Below, in pieces: positions 30,988 to 38,676 of a stretch of DNA of 64,000 nucleotides (position 1 is its first letter; the number at the start of each line of letters is the position of its first letter). The notes under the pieces were generated by a model. It searched no databases. It worked only from the letters and a program-made list of their open reading frames with translations, and was not told where the DNA came from. The DNA is from an uncultured Clostridia bacterium (lineage in GTDB: Bacteria > Bacillota > Clostridia > Christensenellales > Borkfalkiaceae), in NCBI GenBank assembly GCA_934248055.1, contig CAKQKI010000008.1, positions 1,835-65,834 on the forward strand, in the 5' to 3' direction. The position numbers and the translations under genes are program-made.

Positions 30988-32422
30988 AATGTTGTTTTAT
31001 TTCATTACAGACGACAACATTGAAAAACATCTTTCGACAAAAAGCGTTATAAACAGAAAAAACGAAGTCGTTTGTATTTGGAAAAACGACAAAGACGTAT
31101 CTAACGAACTTATATTTGAAGTAAAACATCTTATGGACAAAGACGAAAATATACATATCATGTCGTCTTTTGTACTCGATAAAAACTTTTACGGAGAATA
31201 CGGACTGAATTTTAATCAATCGGTTCTATTGCCGAAAAACAATTTGGAAGAAATAGGCTTTTCATTGAATAACGTAAGAATACATTGTTTCCGGTCTAAT
31301 ATTAATTTCATTGAATTAGACTACGTTGTCAATTCCGACGACCCGAAAGTTATCAATAACTTTAATTATTTTATGTCCGAAGTAAAGTCGAACGTCGTTT
31401 TAAAGTTAAGTTATAAAAAACTCAACGAAAACAATGAAGTTTACGTCGAAACAAAAGAGTTGACGGTTCTTGATTTTATATTGTCTTTAATCAAAGATTT
31501 CGGAACGCTGAACGATATGGACTTTAAAGGCGAGTTGTCATATAAATCGTTAAAACCGTTGCTGGTGTCATATTTGTTCACCGAAAACAGCACCGACGTA
31601 AATGAATTTGAAAGTAATTTAGGGCATAACTATAAAGAATCGTACAATTTAAACGAAAACCATTTGCGAAAGACTAAATATTTCAATAATTCCACGTGGT
31701 ATTATACCGTTGATTCTATTTCAAATATTACTTATTCCACCGACAATGCTTTGACAAATACCTTTTTTAGCGAAACGTTTACGGACAAGGTAAATAAACT
31801 GTATTTTCCCTTGGTCTTGTTGGCTGCGCATCAGAAATTGTATTGTTTGTACGTTTATCATAAACTTTTTGAAATAAATATCGATTTTACCACCGCGGAA
31901 GAATTAAAAAACAAATGCGACGAATTTACCGCAATAAAGGCTAATTTCGACAAAATGAGTTTGTATTACTTTTTTGACAATCCGTCTTTCATCGAACACG
32001 TAAACGTTTTCTATTCAAACGTGGTCGAGGCTTTCGGCGTAGAAACGTATAAAAAAGCGGTTTATTCAAAAACGAACACATTGATAGAGTTTTCAAATCA
32101 ATGCTCAAAATTATTGGCTAATTATAAAGAGAAAAAAGAATCTAAAAGAAAAATTATTTATGACATTTTTGCTATAATCACCGCATCTGTTTTTTCGTTT
32201 GCTTCATTGTACGATACGTTTTTAAAATTCTTAAAAAACATCAACGTTTCGTTTGGTTTTACCGACAACATTTTAATCTTTTCGGGATTTGCAGTCGTTT
32301 GCCTTATTATTCCTTTTATTTACAATCTCGCTAACAACATGAAAAAACTAAAAAAATCGAAGGCAGAGATCGCCGAAACCGAAAAAAAGATAAAAGACAT
32401 AGGTGTAAAAATAGACATGTAA
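30962..32422 (+). CDS. Hypothetical protein with two C-terminal TM helices
   Basis: 486 aa, very AT-rich, with no family I recognise. TM1 is IIYDIFAIITASVFSFASLY and TM2 is ILIFSGFAVVCLIIPFIYNL, followed by a Lys-rich coiled tail. An alternative start at 30989 would remove the 26-nt overlap with the GH29 gene. Confidence 0.55.
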   Translation: MKKRKQINKMLFYFITDDNIEKHLSTKSVINRKNEVVCIWKNDKDVSNELIFEVKHLMDKDENIHIMSSFVLDKNFYGEYGLNFNQSVLLPKNNLEEIGFSLNNVRIHCFRSNINFIELDYVVNSDDPKVINNFNYFMSEVKSNVVLKLSYKKLNENNEVYVETKELTVLDFILSLIKDFGTLNDMDFKGELSYKSLKPLLVSYLFTENSTDVNEFESNLGHNYKESYNLNENHLRKTKYFNNSTWYYTVDSISNITYSTDNALTNTFFSETFTDKVNKLYFPLVLLAAHQKLYCLYVYHKLFEINIDFTTAEELKNKCDEFTAIKANFDKMSLYYFFDNPSFIEHVNVFYSNVVEAFGVETYKKAVYSKTNTLIEFSNQCSKLLANYKEKKESKRKIIYDIFAIITASVFSFASLYDTFLKFLKNINVSFGFTDNILIFSGFAVVCLIIPFIYNLANNMKKLKKSKAEIAETEKKIKDIGVKIDM

Positions 32423-32544
32423 GCAATTAAAAAAATAGATTTTTTAATATTTTTTCAATAATTTCGTCTTTTATCAGATTGCTCCTTTTTATAAAAAGTC
32501 TAATTTGATTTCGCCGCATTCGGCAATGAAAGAGTATAAAGAAT

Positions 32545-32582
32545 AAACAAAAAACGAACCCCATCGGAACGAAAGGGTTCGT
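32545..32582 (-). terminator. Terminator downstream of tRNA-Leu
   Basis: Stem ACGAACCC (32554-32561) / GGGTTCGT (32575-32582). On the minus strand it is followed by TTTTTGTT. Confidence 0.6.
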
Positions 32583-32594
32583 TTTATTCTTGTT

Positions 32595-32680
32595 TGGTGC
32601 CGAAGGTGGGACTTGAACCCACACATGGTCGCCCATAACGGATTTTGAGTCCGTCGCGTCTGCCATTCCACCACTCCGGC
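32595..32680 (-). tRNA. tRNA-Leu (anticodon CAA), CCA encoded
   Basis: I folded the reverse complement by hand. Acceptor GCCGGAG/CTTCGGC; anticodon arm ACGGA-CTCAAAA-TCCGT; long variable arm (ATGG-GCGA-CCAT); T arm GTGGG-TTCAAGT-CCCAC; discriminator A plus CCA. Total 86 nt. Confidence 0.92.
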
Positions 32681-32800
32681 AAAAACAGTTGATTTTTAAA
32701 GCGGATTATGCAATACTATATATAATACGTTTAAAAGCAGTAATATAATAACACAGCGACGAAAAAAACGCAAACGTTTTTAAGCGTATACAAGGAAAAT

Positions 32801-35362
32801 ATGGAAAAATTAGTTTTAATCGACGGCAACAGTCTGATAAATCGCGCGTATTACGCAACCCCGCTTTTAACCGACAAAAGCGGCCGCCCGACGAACGCGA
32901 TACTCGGCTTTACGAATATGCTTATAAAAATGCGCGCCGATCTTTCGCCCGACTATCTTCTCGTTGCGTTCGACCGCCACGAGCCTACTTTCAGGCATAA
33001 AATATTCGAATCTTACAAGGGAACGCGCAAACCCATGCCCGACGATTTGCGCCTGCAAATTCCGCTTCTTAAAGAACTTTTAAACGCTATGAATATCAGA
33101 ACTTACGAGCAGGCGGGAATAGAAGCCGACGATATTATAGGCACTATCGCAAAGCGTTACGGCGGAAAAACTATTATAATTACCGGCGATAAAGACAGTT
33201 TTCAACTCGTAGACGATAACGTTTCGGTATACTTTACCAAAAGGGGCATAAGCGACGTTGAAATATATACCGCCGAAAATTTTCAGGAAAAGACGGGTAT
33301 TTTACCTTCTCAGGTTATAGATTTAAAGGCGTGTATGGGAGATTCGTCAGACAATATTCCCGGGATAGCGGGCGTAGGCGAAAAAACCGCTTTAACGTTA
33401 ATTCAGAAATACGGCGGGCTTGACGGAGTTATATCTCACGCGGAAGAATTGAAAGGCAAACTTTCCGAAAAAGTTATAAACGGAAAAGAGTCTGCATATT
33501 TAAGCAGAACGCTCGCAACCATAAATGTTCACGCGGATATTCCCGAAAATATCGAAAAAAGCGTTTTCCCCTTTCCGTTCGGCAATGAAGTAAAAAAATT
33601 ATTCGAAAGCCTTGATTTTAAAGGGATTCTGCGAAGAACGGAATTGTTCGGGGCGGACGACGCGAATCAACTCTCTCCCGAAAAAAGCGAAATACAGGTT
33701 AAAATAATAAAAAAAGCGGAAGATTTTACGGGAATTCCGAGCGGGAACGAAATAACGCTCGCCGTTCTTAAAGATATTCACGTTTTTAACGGCGATAATA
33801 CCGAATACGTAATAAAAATTGCCGAAAACATGATGCTTGACGACGGTTTTTCTTACGAAGAAGGGCTTGAATTATTCCGCGAATTCGTTGAAAACGCCGA
33901 AAATACGGTTATTTGCTATTCGCGCAAAAAACTTGACGATATTTTTTACGACGCGGGAATAAATTTTAACTGCAAGGCGGAAGATCTCGACCTTGTAAGA
34001 TATCTTGCGGATTTTTCGGGACGGGAAGAAACGCTCGAAGAAACTCTCGAAGATTACGGCAAAAACAAAAACACGCCCGCTTTTTCGCTTTACTCGCTTT
34101 ATACCGAACTTTATAAAAAACTTAAAGAAGACGGAACCGAAAAGTTATATCGCGAAACGGAACTGCCGCTTTCACGGGTTTTAACAGCCATGGAGCGCGC
34201 GGGGTTTAAAATCGATATAAAAATGCTTGACGAGTTAAAAAAGGAATATTCCGCTAAATTAAAGGAATTATCCGATAAAATAAACGAGTATGCGGGCGAA
34301 CCCGTAAACCCGAATTCACCTAAGCAACTTGCAACGCTTCTTTACGAAAAACTCGGACTTTCCAAAGGAAAAAAGAATAAAAGCGGGAATTACACCACGA
34401 GCGCGGAAACCCTTGAAGCGCTTGCGGACAAGCACCCCGTCGTTCCGCTGATTTTAAGTTACAGAACGGCGCAGAAACTTTATTCTTCGTATATAGAAGG
34501 AATGCGACCGCTTATCGACGTAAAAACGGGACTCGTTCACACGTGTTTTAATCAGACGCTCACTCAGACCGGCAGGCTTTCGTCGAAAGAGCCTAACCTT
34601 CAGAATATTCCCGTCCGCGAAGACGAAGGCAGAGTGCTGAGAAAACTTTTTATTCCGAGAAGCGAAAACAGAACTCTTATAGACGCGGATTACTCGCAGA
34701 TAGAATTGCGGTTGCTTGCGCACATGAGCGGCTGCGAAGAACTGATCGGGGCTTACAACGAAGGAAAAGACGTGCATGCCGTTACGGCAAGTCAGGTTTT
34801 CGGAGTACCGATTACGGAAGTCACGCCGCAAATGCGCCGCAGCGCGAAAGCCGTTAATTTCGGAATTATTTACGGAATCAGCGAATACGGTCTTGCTAAA
34901 AATCTGAAAATCAGCGCGAAAGAAGCCGCAGATTATATTAAAAAATATTTCGAAACTTATCCGCACGTTAAAGAATATATGGAAAAAAACGTGGAATTTG
35001 CAAAAAAGCACGGTTACGTTACCACTCTTTTCGGAAGAAAGCGAATTATAAAAGAACTTTCTTCTTCTAATTACGCGGTAAGAACGTTCGGCGAACGGGC
35101 GGCAATGAACATGCCCCTTCAGGGAACGAGCGCGGACATTATAAAAATCGCGATGATAAACGTTTTTAACCGTCTTAAAAAAGAATGCCCCGACGCGTAT
35201 CTTATTTTACAGGTCCACGACGAACTTATAATCGACGCGCCCGACGAATGCGTAGCCGCCGCTTCTAAGATTTTAAAATACGAAATGGAAAACGCCGTTA
35301 AACTGAAAGTGCCGCTCACGGTAGAACTTTCGACCGGCAAAACCTGGTATGACGCGAAATGA
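32801..35362 (+). CDS. polA: DNA polymerase I
   Basis: 853 aa. N-terminal 5'-nuclease (LIDGNSLINRAYYA) and polymerase motifs DYSQIELR and QVHDELI. Confidence 0.97.
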   Translation: MEKLVLIDGNSLINRAYYATPLLTDKSGRPTNAILGFTNMLIKMRADLSPDYLLVAFDRHEPTFRHKIFESYKGTRKPMPDDLRLQIPLLKELLNAMNIRTYEQAGIEADDIIGTIAKRYGGKTIIITGDKDSFQLVDDNVSVYFTKRGISDVEIYTAENFQEKTGILPSQVIDLKACMGDSSDNIPGIAGVGEKTALTLIQKYGGLDGVISHAEELKGKLSEKVINGKESAYLSRTLATINVHADIPENIEKSVFPFPFGNEVKKLFESLDFKGILRRTELFGADDANQLSPEKSEIQVKIIKKAEDFTGIPSGNEITLAVLKDIHVFNGDNTEYVIKIAENMMLDDGFSYEEGLELFREFVENAENTVICYSRKKLDDIFYDAGINFNCKAEDLDLVRYLADFSGREETLEETLEDYGKNKNTPAFSLYSLYTELYKKLKEDGTEKLYRETELPLSRVLTAMERAGFKIDIKMLDELKKEYSAKLKELSDKINEYAGEPVNPNSPKQLATLLYEKLGLSKGKKNKSGNYTTSAETLEALADKHPVVPLILSYRTAQKLYSSYIEGMRPLIDVKTGLVHTCFNQTLTQTGRLSSKEPNLQNIPVREDEGRVLRKLFIPRSENRTLIDADYSQIELRLLAHMSGCEELIGAYNEGKDVHAVTASQVFGVPITEVTPQMRRSAKAVNFGIIYGISEYGLAKNLKISAKEAADYIKKYFETYPHVKEYMEKNVEFAKKHGYVTTLFGRKRIIKELSSSNYAVRTFGERAAMNMPLQGTSADIIKIAMINVFNRLKKECPDAYLILQVHDELIIDAPDECVAAASKILKYEMENAVKLKVPLTVELSTGKTWYDAK

Positions 35363-35943
35363 AAAATTATCTCGTTGCCGTAACAGGCGGAATAGGAAGC
35401 GGAAAATCAACGGCTGTAAAAATTCTTAAAGACAGCGGCTACACGGTGTTTTCAGCCGATGATATTTACAGAAAATTACTGAAAAACAAGACCTTTCAAA
35501 AAGCCGTTTACGCCGCGGCGGGAATTGAAAAGCACGGCGAAAAGTTTGAGTTTTCAAAGGTGTCGGAAGCGGTTTTCAACGACGAAAAAAAACTTGAAAA
35601 ACTAAACGCCGTCACTCACCCCGCAATAATGAACGCGATGCTTTCGGAAAGCAAAGCGGCGGGCGGACTCGTTTTCAACGAAGTTCCCCTTCTTTTCGAA
35701 GGCGGATACGAAAAATTTTATAACGAAGTGATAATAGTCGTTCGCGACGAGAATTCAAGGATAGAAAGCGTTATGAAAAGAAGCGGTCTTACCCGCGAAG
35801 ACGTTATTAAAAGAATAAAAAAACAGTTCGATTATGAAAATACCGAAAATACCGCGCATACTGTTATTAGTAACGACGGCGATTTAATCGCTTTTTCTGA
35901 AAAGGTGAAAACGGTTGCGGAAAATATCGGTAAAAAACTTTAA
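35359..35943 (+). CDS. coaE: Dephospho-CoA kinase
   Basis: 194 aa. P-loop GGIGSGKST. polA-coaE synteny with an ATGA overlap. Confidence 0.9.
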   Translation: MKNYLVAVTGGIGSGKSTAVKILKDSGYTVFSADDIYRKLLKNKTFQKAVYAAAGIEKHGEKFEFSKVSEAVFNDEKKLEKLNAVTHPAIMNAMLSESKAAGGLVFNEVPLLFEGGYEKFYNEVIIVVRDENSRIESVMKRSGLTREDVIKRIKKQFDYENTENTAHTVISNDGDLIAFSEKVKTVAENIGKKL

Positions 35944-36445
35944 AATAACGATAACGGCAATATTTATCGCGCTTACGCTCGCGCTCTCCGCTTATTTGTC
36001 TTATGAAGTGGGCGGATATAAAAAATACGCGCAAAAAGTCGGCTGTTTTTGTGAGCGATACGACGTAAAGCAATCGCTTTGCCTTGCGATAATGCGCACC
36101 GAAAGCGGATTTAACGAAAAAGCAAAATCTTTAAAAGGCGCGGTCGGTCTTATGCAACTTATGCCCGAAACCGCCGAATATATGGCGCGGTCGGAAGGCA
36201 AAACGATTAACGATATTACAAGTCCCGACGAAAATATCCGCTACGGAACGGCATATCTTAATTATTTAAGCAAAAAATTTTCCGACGAAAACGCGGTTAT
36301 TTGCGCGTATAACGCAGGAGAAACGAAAGTGCGCGAATGGATAAAGAACGGAAAACTCGACGAAAAGCGGGTGTCTTATCCCGAAACGCTTGCTTATCTT
36401 AAAAAGGTAAAGAGAAGAAAATTCATTTACGAGGTTATATTATGA
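35915..36445 (+). CDS. Lytic transglycosylase (SLT domain), membrane-anchored
   Basis: 176 aa. Catalytic ESGFN and GLMQLMP motifs plus AYNAG. Confidence 0.8.
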   Translation: MRKISVKNFKITITAIFIALTLALSAYLSYEVGGYKKYAQKVGCFCERYDVKQSLCLAIMRTESGFNEKAKSLKGAVGLMQLMPETAEYMARSEGKTINDITSPDENIRYGTAYLNYLSKKFSDENAVICAYNAGETKVREWIKNGKLDEKRVSYPETLAYLKKVKRRKFIYEVIL

Positions 36446-36735
36446 ACGAAAACGAAAATTTAAATTGCGATACCGCGGAAGAATATTACGAATATTTAAG
36501 AAACGCCGAGCGGAAAAAAAGAAATAAGCGCCCGTTCGATTTTGCCGCTCTCGGACTTTTGCTGGACGCTTTTTTCGGTATAGGCGCGATATTTTCTTTT
36601 ATTTCCCTTTTAATGCTTAAAAGTCTGCCCGAAAAAACGGGGAAAGGCTATAAATGGGCAAAAGCCGTGGGAATAACGGGGCTTGTTTTCGGCGCGGCTT
36701 TTTTCACTCTCAGTTGCATTTGCCTTGCGCGTTGA
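36442..36735 (+). CDS. Small hypothetical membrane protein
   Basis: 97 aa with two predicted TM helices. Its start overlaps the SLT gene stop. Confidence 0.45.
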   Translation: MNENENLNCDTAEEYYEYLRNAERKKRNKRPFDFAALGLLLDAFFGIGAIFSFISLLMLKSLPEKTGKGYKWAKAVGITGLVFGAAFFTLSCICLAR

Positions 36736-36783
36736 GTATATAATTACCCGCTCTTTCTATTTAAAACGAATCCGATTCTAAAT

Positions 36784-37485
36784 TTAATCGACTTTTTCGT
36801 AAATTTTTAAATACTCGTTAAAATATCTTAACCCGAATTCGTAAAGCGATTTCGAGTCGAAATGCAAGCCGTCTTCTTTGGAAGTCAGACCGTCGGCAGA
36901 AACGTATCCGACCATCTCGTTTTCTTTTGCGATTTGCCTTAATTGCTCGTTCACGATGTAATAATTGCGTTGAGTTTTCAGCGTTTTACTGTCTTTAAAA
37001 TAATCTCCGAGTCCGCCGATTAAGACGGGAATACCGAAAGCGTTCAAATCCTTTCTTAACGCGGAAAGCATTTTTTCAAAGCGGATTTTATACGTCCGCG
37101 CAAGACTTTCTTCGCAATCGGCTTCGCCCTGATGCCACAATATCCCTGCCAAAGACGACGTTCTCGTTGCTAATTCGGTCTGATACACGGCGTTATCGTA
37201 CAATAAACTTCCCTTTTTCCATTCTTCAAGACTCGTTCCGCCGTCCGCGCAACATATAAGTCCTACGTCGACGCCGAATTTTTCCGCATACTTTTCGGCA
37301 AAACTTTCGGCAAGACTAACGCCCGAAAAAGACCTGTCGGGATTGATCGGTCTGAACATCGGCTGCCAACGCCCGTTACGCAACGTTTTAATATGCGACT
37401 CGTCTATATGCGCGGCTTCCGACAGTTCTCCCCTGCCTGCCATATTAGATTGTCCTATCAACAAAAAAGAATGTAGGGATTCCAT
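36784..37485 (-). CDS. SASA/DUF303-type carbohydrate O-acetylesterase (sialate O-acetylesterase-like)
   Basis: 233 aa. N-terminal LIGQSNMAGRG and WHQGE motifs. Confidence 0.75.
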   Translation of the reverse strand: MESLHSFLLIGQSNMAGRGELSEAAHIDESHIKTLRNGRWQPMFRPINPDRSFSGVSLAESFAEKYAEKFGVDVGLICCADGGTSLEEWKKGSLLYDNAVYQTELATRTSSLAGILWHQGEADCEESLARTYKIRFEKMLSALRKDLNAFGIPVLIGGLGDYFKDSKTLKTQRNYYIVNEQLRQIAKENEMVGYVSADGLTSKEDGLHFDSKSLYEFGLRYFNEYLKIYEKVD

Positions 37486-37766
37486 TCGTCACCTCTAATT
37501 ACCGAAAAGGCGTCTTTTTCGCCATTTTCCGCGACCGTTCGGGCGCAGTACATCAGTACAGCAACCCTCACGCTCGCAAAAAATCATCAAAAAATGCGCT
37601 CTTTTCGGTGCGAAGCATTTTTGCGGATGAGAAACCGACCGCATCGCGGCTCGTTCAGGCAAGGCAAACGCCCGAAGTTGTACTAAAGTACTACGAGCGG
37701 CGTTTAACGCCGCATAAATCGGTTTATCACCGCAAAAATAACTATTGATGACGAATGGAATCCCTA
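37474..37766. repeat. 293-bp structured intergenic element bounded by a perfect 18-nt inverted repeat
   Basis: TAGGGATTCCATTCGTCA at 37474-37491 is the exact reverse complement of TGACGAATGGAATCCCTA at 37749-37766. The interior contains several nested stems, for example GCGGCGT-TTA-ACGCCGC. Confidence 0.7.
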
Positions 37767-37772
37767 TCATTT

Positions 37773-38588
37773 TTATAAAAAAACCTTTATATCTTCTATT
37801 TTTTGAGCGGTTGTTTTCAGAATATGGCAATCTTCGCCGAACTTGCAATCTATGCCGTATTTCGCTTTAACCGCTTGTTTAACGGCAGCCGCTTTTTCTG
37901 TTCTCGTGTATCTGATTTCAAGCGAAACCGGGAAAACGAGTTTTTTATATCTCATTTTTTTTGCATCGGATAACGCTTTAATCGTTTTATCGTATAATTC
38001 CTTGTATAAATCTTCGCCGCGAAAATCAGCGGCGTTCCGCCCTTTCGCGCGCTTTGTAGCCACGGTGACTATATCGTCCGACACGTCGGTTATCTCGCGC
38101 AGACAAACGTCGTCGGAAACGAGCATTAACACGGGAATATTTTTAAACAGCGCTATATTCGAATCGATAAAAAATTCACCGACCGCCTTGTTTGCTATTT
38201 TGAAATACTGAATGCTTTCGGAACTGTAAGTATGGGCAAGAACGCCGTTTAAAGTTCCTTCTTTCGAGTGATAACCCAAAAATATTACGCCGTCGATTTC
38301 AAGAGAATCCGTAAAATTCATCCGCTCGATTGCCGAATTATCAAGACCTACGTCTTTGGCGCGCGGATCGACGTTTTTAAAATCCAGATTATGCCCTACA
38401 GAGTGATTATCCCAGACGTAAACCTGCTCGGCGCCCGAATCGTATAACGCGCTTATAATCACGTTAAGTTCTTTCGTCGCTTCGCAAACCGCAACATCGT
38501 ATTGCCCGCAACCTTTATGCAGGCTTTTATACGGCTCGCCTACGACGTAATTCACTCCTTCCATATCGACCGCAACCAGATATTTCAT
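37773..38588 (-). CDS. M55 family D-aminopeptidase (DppA-like)
   Basis: 271 aa. N-terminus MKYLVAVDMEGVNYV is typical of DppA/M55. Confidence 0.75.
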   Translation of the reverse strand: MKYLVAVDMEGVNYVVGEPYKSLHKGCGQYDVAVCEATKELNVIISALYDSGAEQVYVWDNHSVGHNLDFKNVDPRAKDVGLDNSAIERMNFTDSLEIDGVIFLGYHSKEGTLNGVLAHTYSSESIQYFKIANKAVGEFFIDSNIALFKNIPVLMLVSDDVCLREITDVSDDIVTVATKRAKGRNAADFRGEDLYKELYDKTIKALSDAKKMRYKKLVFPVSLEIRYTRTEKAAAVKQAVKAKYGIDCKFGEDCHILKTTAQKIEDIKVFL

Positions 38589-38620
38589 TTTGCGCTCCTT
38601 TACACATAACTTTATAGGCG

Positions 38621-38657
38621 CGGCACGAGAACGGCGTTTTTGCGTTCCCGTACCGCT
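38621..38657 (-). other. 14-bp stem-loop valid only in the minus-strand RNA (two G-U pairs), without a U-tract
   Basis: Minus-strand RNA reads GCGGUACGGGAACG-CAAAAACGC-CGUUCUCGUGCCGC. It lies 20 nt after the stop of the 627-aa gene. Confidence 0.4.
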
Positions 38658-38676
38658 CTTTAAAGTTTTTTGTTTT

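Noticed and set aside
32427-32674. Two ORFs of 61 and 79 aa overlapping the tRNA-Leu gene
   Set aside because: They read through a well-folded tRNA and its terminator, so they are artefacts of ORF calling.
37495-37848. 117-aa minus-strand ORF spanning the inverted-repeat-bounded intergenic element
   Set aside because: Its 5' part overlaps the M55 peptidase gene out of frame. Its composition is Arg/Cys-rich, and the region is better explained as structured non-coding sequence.
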